This document shows positions 1 to 9,025 of a stretch of DNA of 37,629 bases, in pieces. This DNA is from Myxococcota bacterium (GTDB lineage Bacteria; Myxococcota; JACRCW01), in NCBI GenBank assembly GCA_040752415.1, contig JBFMGU010000090.1:1-37629 (forward strand), read 5' to 3'. The notes under the pieces were generated by a model. The model was not told where the DNA came from. It did no database searches and saw only the letters and a list, made by a program, of their open reading frames with translations. The stretch's first letter is position 1. Each line of letters begins with the position of its first letter. Position numbers and translations under genes: made by a program.

Positions 1-137
1 AATCAAATGGGACCCGCGGTGGGATTTCCCGTTTTTCTTTCTCAACCCAACAGCAAGGAGCACCCAAGACGGAACACGGAAGAACGAAACGGAAAGACGG
101 AAGGCGGAAGGCAGGCGGTACCGAAGATGAGAAAGAC

Positions 138-600
138 GAAGCGGGTACCAGACGAGCCCACGCCAAACGAGAAAATTCGAGACAGGTACCAGCGACGCGA
201 CTCGCGCTCGCGACGCACCCGTCCGCTCAGCGGCCTCACTGTCACAACCCGGATGTCGACGATGCGAAGCGCGTTCGCGCAGCGGCCTCACAACCCTGAA
301 GTCGACGATGCGAAGCCGAAACGGATACCAGCGAGCCACGCCGACGATGACAACGAGACCGCGGTACCAGCGCGACGCAGTTCGCGCTCGGGAAGCTTCC
401 CTTGCGCGTTTCCCCTGCCCCGCTGACTGTGACTTCCTCCCCCAAAGCAAGACGGTGGCACCCAGCGACGCGGTTCGCGCTTGCCACGCATCCCCCAGCG
501 CATTTCCCCGTGCCCTCTGAATTCCTCCCCGAAACGGGACCGCGGCCCCAGCGACGCGGCGCTCGCGTGCGACGCAGTTGTCCGCGGTCTCCCTCCCGAC
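138..600. repeat. Degenerate repeat array (~75-105 bp spacing) in a non-coding region
   Basis: A core like CCAGCGACGCGnnTCGCGCTnGCnACGCA recurs at ~189, ~367, ~462 and ~548, with a weaker copy at ~264. Longer duplications: 138-210 vs 318-390, 228-270 vs 280-316, and ~409-490 vs ~503-576. No convincing CDS. Confidence 0.7.
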
Positions 601-779
601 GGCCCCTGGCGCTCCACTCGCCATTCCCCACGTTCCCAGGCCCTCCGCGCCCCTCTGAGGCTTCACCGTTTCCCAACCGGCGAGCTCGCCGCCGTCCTTG
701 CCATCGCCGCGGGACCCCACTCCCACGCAGCGGGCGGAACAGCTTCCCATGCGACGCCACTCACGGGTGATGAGTCGAC

Positions 780-2822
780 TCAGGCGTTCACGGAAACCGC
801 GGCATCCATCGCCTTCTCGAGCGCAACCTCCACCGCCTCACGGAAGGTCCGCATGGGCCGCACATCGACGTTGGCGACGATCTCCGGGATCCGGCTGAGC
901 TCCTCGGCATTTGCCGCGGGGATGAGCACCAGCTTGCGCCCGTTGCGCTGCGCGGCGCTGACCTTCTCGGGGATGGCGCCCACGGCACCCACGTTGCCGT
1001 GGATGGACAGCTCCCCGGTCACCGCCAGCGACGGAACAATCCGCCGCCCCGTGGCGGCGGAGAACATGGCCAGCGCAAAGGCCAGGCCGGCACTGGGCCC
1101 GTCCTTGAACTCCGCCATGTTGACCAGGTGCACGGCCATCTTGCGGCTGCGCAGCTTCTCGGCGGTGAGGCCGTACTTGCCGCCCAGGTTGAGCAGCGCG
1201 TCGTAGGCGGCCTGCACGCTCTGGTCCAGCACGGCGCCCCGCAGCCCGGTGACCTTGAGGCCGCGGCCCTCCACGTGCGCGCACTCCACGAACCCGACGC
1301 CACCACCGCCCTTGTCCGCGGTGACCAGGATGGTGATCTTGCCCACCAGCGCGCGCTGGTTGGCTTCCACGTCGTGCTCCTCCAGGCGGGTGCCGCCCAT
1401 CATGTCCGCCGCCACGTGGGTGAGCATGCCGGGGAAGCCAATGCACTTGGGGGCGTATTCCCCGGGTGCCATGCGCTCCAGCTGGTTGTGGACGCGCTGG
1501 CGCAGCTCGGCGGCCACCTGGAGGACCTGGCGGAAGCCGGCGTCCTCCACCTTTCCGTCGGGATACAGCATCTTGAGCAGCCCCGCGCCCACCTTCTCGA
1601 TGGCGCGGCGGTCGCGGTGGGTGGCGTTCTCCAGGCTCAGGCGGTCCTTCAGCATCTGGTGGAACTCCACGTCCTTGCGCAGCTCCCCCAGCACCTCGCC
1701 GAAGTAGTCGGTGAGCAGGCCGGTGCCGTCGGCCAGCACCGCGTCGCTGATCTTGGGCATCTCCCAGCCGGGGATGAAGCCGTGGATGCGGTCGGCCACT
1801 GCGGAGTCGCACAGGTCGTGGGGCAGGACCTCGAAGAGGTGCAGGTAGTCGCGGTGCGGGGTGCGACCATCCGGGTCCATGTCAATGTTGCCGGTGAAGA
1901 AGAAGCTGCAGTCCCCGACGAGCGAACGCCCCCCGCGAGAGATGTGCCCGCTCTCCATGTAGTCCTTGAGCGCCGCCACCAGGCTGATGTCCGGGAACTG
2001 CGTGGCCGCCACCTCGTCGAAGATGACCACCTTCTTGCGCCCCACGATGCCCACCTGACGACGAGACAGGTCATAGAGCAGGGTGGCGGGGGTGGCGCGG
2101 GCGCCGGCCAGCAGGTAGCAGCGGCTGCTCATGTTCCGCAGCAGGTAGCTCTTGCCGGTGCCACGGGGCCCCAGCTCAATGAGGTTCACGTTGGGCTGGG
2201 TGAGCGGAACCAGGCGCGTGAGCAGCAGCAGGCGGGAGCGGAAGGTGGGGAACGCCTCCGGCCGGTAGCCCGCGGAGGTGATGAGCAGCTCGGTCCACTC
2301 ATCCAGGGTGAACTCGGCGCGGGCGCGTCGGAACAGCTCCATGTCCGGGCGCGTGAGCTGATAGGGCGAGAAGTCCGCCACCACCATGCGGGGCCGCGCG
2401 CCGCTGGTGTCGTACTTGAGCAGGCAGCTGCCCCACAGGCCGCCGTAGAGCAGCTCGGGGAACTGGGCCACCAGGGACTCGCTGACGTCGAGCTCATGGC
2501 CGTCCAGCTGCACCACCCGGCCCACGTGGCAGTTGCGCTCCGGGCGCGGCTCCACCTCCAACAGCGCAATCAGCTTGGCGTGGCCCTCACGCATGAGCCG
2601 GCTGACGAACTCCGCCTTGCGGTCCGCGTCGACGGAGAAACGCCGCACGCGGTCCCGCACCTCGGACACATCCATGGCGCCGCTCTTCTGGCGCGCGGCG
2701 GCAAGCAGGAACTCGGTGACGAAGCGCGGCATGAGCTCAAAGCCCGCCTGCAGCGCCTGGCGCTTGTCCACGACGAGGTTGCCGAAGACGCGCTCGATCT
2801 TGTCCTTGAGGTTCTGCTCCAT
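780..2822 (-). CDS. brxL: BREX BrxL-like AAA+ ATPase with C-terminal Lon protease domain (680 aa)
   Basis: BrxL-type segments (PRFVTEFL, FTLDEWTELLITSAGY, LTRLVP, DRIHGFIPGWEMPK), Walker A GPRGTGKS, Walker B IFDEV, Lon motifs KDGPSAG and TGELSIHG..VGAIPEK. ATG 2822 has GGAG 7 nt upstream. Confidence 0.88.
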   Translation of the reverse strand: MEQNLKDKIERVFGNLVVDKRQALQAGFELMPRFVTEFLLAAARQKSGAMDVSEVRDRVRRFSVDADRKAEFVSRLMREGHAKLIALLEVEPRPERNCHVGRVVQLDGHELDVSESLVAQFPELLYGGLWGSCLLKYDTSGARPRMVVADFSPYQLTRPDMELFRRARAEFTLDEWTELLITSAGYRPEAFPTFRSRLLLLTRLVPLTQPNVNLIELGPRGTGKSYLLRNMSSRCYLLAGARATPATLLYDLSRRQVGIVGRKKVVIFDEVAATQFPDISLVAALKDYMESGHISRGGRSLVGDCSFFFTGNIDMDPDGRTPHRDYLHLFEVLPHDLCDSAVADRIHGFIPGWEMPKISDAVLADGTGLLTDYFGEVLGELRKDVEFHQMLKDRLSLENATHRDRRAIEKVGAGLLKMLYPDGKVEDAGFRQVLQVAAELRQRVHNQLERMAPGEYAPKCIGFPGMLTHVAADMMGGTRLEEHDVEANQRALVGKITILVTADKGGGGVGFVECAHVEGRGLKVTGLRGAVLDQSVQAAYDALLNLGGKYGLTAEKLRSRKMAVHLVNMAEFKDGPSAGLAFALAMFSAATGRRIVPSLAVTGELSIHGNVGAVGAIPEKVSAAQRNGRKLVLIPAANAEELSRIPEIVANVDVRPMRTFREAVEVALEKAMDAAVSVNA

Positions 2823-2847
2823 GGTGTGCTCCGGGCGGCAGGGGTGC

Positions 2848-4086
2848 TCAGTCAAAGATGCCCACCAGGGCGCCCAGCGGTCGGCTGTTCAGCTCCGGCT
2901 CGGCGCGGGGGGCTTCTGGCGGGGGCGGCGCCGCGGTGGCGGGCGGCGCGGTCAACACCGGCGCGGCGGCACGCGCGGGCTCCAGGCGGCTGCGCACCAC
3001 CGTCACCACGTCGGAGACGAACTGCGGGCTGTGCGCGTTGAGCTGCTGGTAGTCGCCCAGCAGGCGCTCCCACTCCGTCGGGGAGAGGCGCGGGAGCAGC
3101 AGCGGGATGAGCGCCATGGGGTCATGCCCGCCCATGCCGTAGGTGCTGGCCACGGTGGTGATGAGGCGGAGGTGCACCGGGCCCAGCTTGAGTCCGTCGG
3201 TGGCGCGGGCCACGAAGCCGGCCGGCCACTCCGGCTGGTGCAGCCGGTCCACGCTGGGCACCGCGGTGAGGAAGCGCAGCTTCAAGAGGGCCAGCTCGTA
3301 GGCCTGGCTCTCGTCGGATTCCACGGGGCGGTCGCTGCCGCCGCGGCCCCCGGGCACCAGCCGGACCTCGGGCGGAGGCGTGGACCGGGCGCGGGCCCGC
3401 AGGCGCACGCGCGCCTCCAGCCCCGGGGAGCGACATCCCATGTGCGCCACCGTCCCGTCGGGGAGCAGCATCTCCACGCCCCGCAGCTCCAGGCGGCGCA
3501 GCAGCTCCTGGAAGCGCCCCAATGTCAGCCGGCTGGGACACTCCAGCCCCACCTGGCGCAGCAGCGGCGGGAGGGCGCGTGGGCGGCTCCAGGCGCCGGT
3601 CAGGCCCTCGAGCAGGCGGTCCTCCGGCGGCGGCGACGTCGTGGGAGGCGCCTCCGGTGCGGGGGCCGGCGTGGGCGCGCTCTCCTTCATCACGAGCTGG
3701 AACGCGAGGTCGCGCAGGATCCCCAGCGGGAGGCGGGAGGTCCCGGCGGCCTTGCCGCGCACGTTGCGCAGGCGGGCGCGGGTCAGCAGCTGCGCCAGGT
3801 GGTCACGACGCAGGTCCAGCAGGCAACCACGCACGTCGTCACCGTAGTGCTGGGCCACCACCACCCGGCGCTCCTCCAGGGTCCTGAGCCCACCCATCCC
3901 GTGCAGCCGGCAGAGGTGCACCAGCGCGGGCTCACCCAGGCGCTGGAGCAGCACCGCGGTGGGAGAAGGGGCGCGCGGCGGGACCTGAGCGGGGGGCCCC
4001 AGCCGGGAGACCGCGGCCCAGGTCTTGGCAAGGTCCCCCATCCAGGTGGGCTCTTCCGAGACTGACTTGCGAACACGGTTGGACAT
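2848..4086 (-). CDS. Hypothetical protein, helical domains separated by Pro-rich linkers; likely co-transcribed with brxL
   Basis: Long ORF with GC3-rich codons ending 25 nt before the brxL start. The start is uncertain (GTG 4167, ATG 4086 or ATG 4041). Confidence 0.7.
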   Translation of the reverse strand: MSNRVRKSVSEEPTWMGDLAKTWAAVSRLGPPAQVPPRAPSPTAVLLQRLGEPALVHLCRLHGMGGLRTLEERRVVVAQHYGDDVRGCLLDLRRDHLAQLLTRARLRNVRGKAAGTSRLPLGILRDLAFQLVMKESAPTPAPAPEAPPTTSPPPEDRLLEGLTGAWSRPRALPPLLRQVGLECPSRLTLGRFQELLRRLELRGVEMLLPDGTVAHMGCRSPGLEARVRLRARARSTPPPEVRLVPGGRGGSDRPVESDESQAYELALLKLRFLTAVPSVDRLHQPEWPAGFVARATDGLKLGPVHLRLITTVASTYGMGGHDPMALIPLLLPRLSPTEWERLLGDYQQLNAHSPQFVSDVVTVVRSRLEPARAAAPVLTAPPATAAPPPPEAPRAEPELNSRPLGALVGIFD

Positions 4087-4428
4087 GACCAGTTCCACAG
4101 GTGCCCTGCCGCGCTCTCCCGCACCGAGGTCCCCGACGGAGGAGTCATCGGGGAAGCGAGGCGGCACAGGTGTACAACGGTGCCGGTCGCTTGGAGAGGG
4201 AAATCACGCTTCAGGATTGGCCAACCGCCGCGCAAATCCGGGCGGTCCTCCGCGGCGTCCGGACATAGCACTGCCGCGCCGATCTTCAATGGCGGGAAAT
4301 GTCCACGCTGGCGTCTACGCCGCACCGCCGACGTCGACGCGAGCGCACCGCGCCCCGGACGGCAACGTGGCCGGACGAAGCAGGGCTAAACCGGGGCGAA
4401 CGTGAACGTAGACGCGAGCGTGGGCCAG

Positions 4429-4978
4429 TCAGGGCCCGGCATCCGGGATGCCCATGACAACGCAGTGCCGGGTGGCTTCGTCGCAGGTCTCCTCGTCGGG
4501 ATGACAGCACAACTCCGGGTCGTCCGTGCACAGGTCACAGCCGCCCACGTCGGGGACGCAGAAGTTCGCGCGACGGTCGCAACGGTCTCCCTGGGGACAC
4601 TGCCGCGAGCTGATGCAGGTGGGACGTCCCTCGGTGCTGTAACAGGCGCCAGCGGAACAGAAATATCCCAGGGGCAATCCTCGTCGCCACCGGGGCACTC
4701 ACAGCAGGTGGGATGCTCGGGTCGGGGAGACAACGGAAGTCCTCGGAGCACAGCTGGCGTCGGGGATCCGGACATTCCTCACGACGTCGGCATTGTGCGG
4801 AGACACAGGTGCCCGCCGAGCACGCCTCGTCCTCGCGACAGTCCGCGTGGGACTCGCACGTCCGCGGCGCCGCGTCCGGCACGCCCGCATCACGTCCCAG
4901 CGCCAACCACGACGACGTCGGTGCGCACGCCCAGATGCCGCACACCGCCACGACGACCGGGCCCCACGTGGAACGCAT
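4429..4978 (-). pseudogene. Cys-rich repeat lipoprotein broken by two single-base frameshifts (pseudogene or assembly error)
   Basis: Signal/lipobox (VVVAVCGIWAC) and CxxxxDC repeats in the 4978 frame. The pattern continues as ECPGGDEDCP in a second frame and LGYFCSAGACY...GIPDAGP* in a third. Adding one base near 4710 and one in the G run at 4671-4674 restores ~183 aa. Confidence 0.7.
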
Positions 4979-4996
4979 CGCTGCAGCGTAGCACGC

Positions 4997-6271
4997 TCAC
5001 ACGCTCGTGGTGGCCGGCGGGTGCACGCTGACCGCCGCACACGTCGACGGACCGGGAGCGCCCTCGCCCTCCTCTTCACCCGCGCCCACCACGCCGTGCG
5101 CCACCACGCCCAGCAGCAACAACACGAATCCCATTCCCAGCAGCAGCATTCCCCACGTCGCGGTGCTGAGGACGCCCACGGCGACGCAGGTCTGCAGGCC
5201 CACCGTCCCCCAGGTCATCACCAGCGCCATCAATGCCAGCCACGACCTCCCCCGTACCAACAACACGCCCCACGCCAACGACGAGACCAGCGCCAATCCC
5301 CAACCCTCCGGCAACCCCAGCGCCACGTCCCAGCCCTGCAACCGGATGAGCACATGCGCGCATCCCACCGCGACGACGGCGAATCGTGCCGGCCGGCCTC
5401 CCATCCACGCGATTGTCAATACCGCCGCCACCATGCCCAGCCCAACGAGGAAGCCGCTCCTCGCGGCCAGCGCGCACAGGAACATGGAGACGCCCACGCG
5501 GACCCAGGTGTCTTTCTCGTCGTCGGCAAACAGCACGGTGCTGAGGGCCACGGCGCCCAGCATGGGGAGCAGCGGGACCAGCCCCACGGAAAGCAACGCG
5601 TTGAACGTGTGGTACACCACCGCGCCTCCCCAGATGCCCCACGCGGCTCTCATGGAGCGCTGGAAAGCCACCACGCCAAATCCGGTCAGCGGGATGCACG
5701 ACTCCATGGTCAACGACAGATGTCGTGCCAGGATTCCGACGACAAGACCACATACCGGAAGCACCCCGGTCAGCAGCTCCGCCTGGTCGGACGTCACGCT
5801 GGTGCGCAGCCACGGGAGACCCGCCACCATGGCCGCTCCCAGTGTGACGAGGAGGAACACCGCCCGGCTCACGCGCAGCTGGAAGGCCCACGCCAGGGCG
5901 CGCAGCTTCAAGTGGAAGGACAGCAGCCACACCGCACTGGCCCACCACGCACCGGACGAGGCCAGCGCGGAGAGCTGCAGCGTCGGGTCGGACATGTAGA
6001 CCAGCTGGATGATGCCCAGCACCGCGCCCGGCCGACGTCGGAGCAGGCGCCGGTAGAGCAGCGCGGCGGAGCCGATGAGCAGCCACTGGTAGAGGTCCAG
6101 CACCACCGTCAGCCCGACGTCGGCCTCCGTGCCCATGGCCCGCGACAGCGCGAACACCCCGCCGAGCACACACAGGGCGCTCAGCGTGAAGAGCGGGTTG
6201 AAACGCACAAACCAGCGTCGCAGCAACGCGCTTGCCGACGCGGGCAGGAAGGACGGAGACGTGGTGGTCAT
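4997..6271 (-). CDS. Multi-pass integral membrane protein of unknown function (424 aa)
   Basis: From ATG 6271 (MTTTSPSFLP...FNPLFTLSALCVLGG) the ORF is a run of roughly a dozen hydrophobic segments. The track's upstream extension overlaps the next gene. Confidence 0.8.
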   Translation of the reverse strand: MTTTSPSFLPASASALLRRWFVRFNPLFTLSALCVLGGVFALSRAMGTEADVGLTVVLDLYQWLLIGSAALLYRRLLRRRPGAVLGIIQLVYMSDPTLQLSALASSGAWWASAVWLLSFHLKLRALAWAFQLRVSRAVFLLVTLGAAMVAGLPWLRTSVTSDQAELLTGVLPVCGLVVGILARHLSLTMESCIPLTGFGVVAFQRSMRAAWGIWGGAVVYHTFNALLSVGLVPLLPMLGAVALSTVLFADDEKDTWVRVGVSMFLCALAARSGFLVGLGMVAAVLTIAWMGGRPARFAVVAVGCAHVLIRLQGWDVALGLPEGWGLALVSSLAWGVLLVRGRSWLALMALVMTWGTVGLQTCVAVGVLSTATWGMLLLGMGFVLLLLGVVAHGVVGAGEEEGEGAPGPSTCAAVSVHPPATTSV

Positions 6272-6368
6272 GCGCAGGCGGCTTCGCAAGCGCCGTGCCC
6301 GCGGCGCGCCGAGCGGAGAGCTGGGGTCGTCGCGTGAATGGCGCGAGCGGCGGCGCGTTTTGAGCGGC

Positions 6369-8891
6369 TCAGCTGGTCGGGGCGGGACGCACGTGGCGGA
6401 GCAGCGCCAACACGGCCACCAGGTAGCACGCGGCCCCCACCGCGCAGGTGACGGTGATTCCGTGCGCAATGGACATGATCACCGCCAGCACCGAGCCCAC
6501 CACGCTGAGCGCGCCATTGGTGGCCCACAACCACGGCGTGGCCGGCGGGACGTCACGCTCCGCCAAGGAGAGTCCCAGCGGGAAAGCCACGCCCATGGGC
6601 ACACCCGTCAACGCCACGGCGCCGCCGGCCACCACCAGTCGCGTCGAGAGCGGGGCGGCTCCCAGCGCGCCGAGGATCTCCGGCAGCACCAGCGCCATCA
6701 CCGTGGTCACCCCCAGCGTCATCACCAACGCGGAGACCATCACGCGCGGCGCACGCCCCACGACGAGCCGGCCAGTCAGGAAGCTCCCCAGCCCGGTGGC
6801 GAGCAGCATGCAGAAGAGCACCGTGGTCAGGGAATACGCGGGGTGACCCAGGAACAAGGTCAGCCGCTGCATCTGCCCCATCTCCACCAGCGTGAATCCC
6901 AGGCCAATGGCCGCGAAGTAGATGCCGTGCCCCACCAGCCGGCCGCGCGGCAGCGCCACCGCGTGCTGTCGTCGTCGACCGCGCTCGTGCAGCCACAACG
7001 GCACCAGCAGGCCCAGCACGCACATGGCGCTCACCATCACAAACAACACCAGGAGCAAAACCATGGACTCCGCGGCGTGGCCACCTCCGCCCTCGCGCAT
7101 CACGTCGGAGAACCGCCGCGTGTTGAAGAAGAACGGGCGGTCATCCGTGCTGGCGCTGAGGTCGTGCGAGGAGCCGGCCACCAACGCGTCGTGCGCCGCC
7201 GGGTCCAGCATCTGCGCCAGCTCCGGGATGGTGGCGGCCTTGGGAGAGAGCGCCACCGTCAGCCCGCGCTCCTGGCAGAACCTCTCCACCGTGGCGATGT
7301 CGTCGTCGGAGAAGGGCTGGAGGGAGATGAGCATGGTGCCCAGGCCGTGGAGCTGGCCCGCGCCGTCGGGCTCCGCGTTGCTCACCAGGATCACGTGCGC
7401 CCGCGGGCTCATCACGCCCTGCGCGCGCAGCGCCGAGTAGGCCAGCGAGAGGGAGCGCAGGATCTCCGGCGGCGGCGAGCCCCACCACCACCGCGTCACG
7501 CTCAGCACGCCGTTCTCGTCGAGGTGACGAAGGAACGTGCGCCACGCCTGCAGCGTGTAGAGGCTGTTCTCCGCCAGCACGAACGCACCCGCGCTGGTGG
7601 CGGCCCAGGTGTCGATGAGGGACATCTGGATGATGTCGAACTTGCGGTCACTGGATTCCAGCCAGGAGCGCGCCTCGTCGTGGACGAACTTCACGCGCGG
7701 GTTGCGGTCCAGGTGGCCGGAGAAATCCCCGAACGCGCCGTTCAGCATCTCCAGGATCGTCTCGTTGATCTCCAACGCGGTGATGCTGCTTGCCTCGACG
7801 AGAAGACCCGCCAGCACGTCGCGGCCGCCACCCGCGCCGATGACCAGGATGTCGGAGCGCGGTCGCAGCGCGTAGCCGGTGAAGGTCATGTCCTCCATCA
7901 GGTGCGCAATCTCGGCGGGGTTGCCGCTGTACTGCGTGATGACGGTGTCGGCGGACCCGTCGATGCGCACGTCAATCTGGAAGCCGGGATGCGGCTGCTT
8001 GGCCAGCTCCTGCCTGCGCTTCGACGACAAACCCCACACCAGTTCCTGCGAGAAGCGGTACGGCACCGCGGTGACCACGGAGTGCACGTTCCACCACTCC
8101 AGCACCGCCTCGACGGGAGCGCCCTGCTGTTGCTTGATGTGCCGCATCCGCAACAGCTTGAGCTGCGGGTTCAGCATGGCCAGCGCCAGGAGCACCAACG
8201 TCGTCACCGTCGCCGTGCGACGCAGCGCCGCGCTTTCCTGCCGCAAGCTGAAACACACCGCCGCGCCTGCCGCCAATGCCCCGGCCAGCACGATGACGGC
8301 GGGACCGCCGAGCGCGGGAATGAACGCCCAGAACACCAGGCACGCCACCGCCGCACCGACGAGGTCAAACGCGTACAGCGTGCCCACCGCCCGGGGAAAA
8401 CGCGTCAACGCCAGGGCCACCAGCACGCCGGAGGCCATGAACGGCACGCTGAGCAGCAGGAAGATGACGCTGATGAGCCCCAGGCCCTTCACGCCCGCGG
8501 GCGGGCCCACGGGAAGCTGCAGGTGCACGGCAAAGCCCACCACCATGGTCAGCGCGAAGCCCAGCGCCAGCAGCGTCAGGGAGCGGCCCAGGCGCTCCTG
8601 CGGAAACCACGACGGGCGCACGTAGACAATCACCGCGCCAAACGCCATCCCGAACAGCGCCAGCGAGATGGCCATGAACGCGTAGTGGTACCAGAGCGAG
8701 ACGGAGAGGATGCGCGTGTAGGCCACCTCCGCCAGCATGGTGGCACACGTGACCAGGGCCAGACCGAATGCCACCGCGCGCGGCGCCGCGTTCTCCTCGA
8801 GCGGAGGAGCGGGAGCGTCCGACGGCGGAAGCGTTGGTGTCGTCGGGAGAGGAGCTGCGGGGTGGGAAGCCAAGCCCGTCGCACGTATCAC
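6369..8891 (-). CDS. Membrane-bound spermidine-synthase-like class I SAM-dependent transferase
   Basis: N- and C-terminal TM bundles flank a Rossmann core with ILVIGAGGGRD, LEINETI, HDEARSW, FDIIQMSLIDT and ENSLYT. Exact start uncertain. Confidence 0.85.
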   Translation of the reverse strand: MIRATGLASHPAAPLPTTPTLPPSDAPAPPLEENAAPRAVAFGLALVTCATMLAEVAYTRILSVSLWYHYAFMAISLALFGMAFGAVIVYVRPSWFPQERLGRSLTLLALGFALTMVVGFAVHLQLPVGPPAGVKGLGLISVIFLLLSVPFMASGVLVALALTRFPRAVGTLYAFDLVGAAVACLVFWAFIPALGGPAVIVLAGALAAGAAVCFSLRQESAALRRTATVTTLVLLALAMLNPQLKLLRMRHIKQQQGAPVEAVLEWWNVHSVVTAVPYRFSQELVWGLSSKRRQELAKQPHPGFQIDVRIDGSADTVITQYSGNPAEIAHLMEDMTFTGYALRPRSDILVIGAGGGRDVLAGLLVEASSITALEINETILEMLNGAFGDFSGHLDRNPRVKFVHDEARSWLESSDRKFDIIQMSLIDTWAATSAGAFVLAENSLYTLQAWRTFLRHLDENGVLSVTRWWWGSPPPEILRSLSLAYSALRAQGVMSPRAHVILVSNAEPDGAGQLHGLGTMLISLQPFSDDDIATVERFCQERGLTVALSPKAATIPELAQMLDPAAHDALVAGSSHDLSASTDDRPFFFNTRRFSDVMREGGGGHAAESMVLLLVLFVMVSAMCVLGLLVPLWLHERGRRRQHAVALPRGRLVGHGIYFAAIGLGFTLVEMGQMQRLTLFLGHPAYSLTTVLFCMLLATGLGSFLTGRLVVGRAPRVMVSALVMTLGVTTVMALVLPEILGALGAAPLSTRLVVAGGAVALTGVPMGVAFPLGLSLAERDVPPATPWLWATNGALSVVGSVLAVIMSIAHGITVTCAVGAACYLVAVLALLRHVRPAPTS

Positions 8892-9025
8892 AGGTGGTCC
8901 GACCCCGTCATTTTCCCCGACGCCAGCACGCGTGCGTCACCGTGGGCTGCGACGGAAGGACGGTGCGCACAGGTGATGAGCGCCGCGGCGGCGTGCTACC
9001 CCTCGCGGGCCTTTCCGAGGAGCCC

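Noticed and set aside
138..600. CRISPR array or integron attC cassettes
   Set aside because: Repeats are too degenerate, the spacers resemble each other, there are no RYYYAAC/GTTRRRY ends, and no cas or intI gene is in the window.
7..770. Short ORFs in the first 780 bp (7..426, 242..760, 402..770 and others)
   Set aside because: Arg/Pro-rich translations of repeats, with no codon bias or motifs.
780..4167. Complete BREX system
   Set aside because: Only a brxL-like gene is present. No brxC, pglX or pglZ is visible, though sequence left of the window is unknown.
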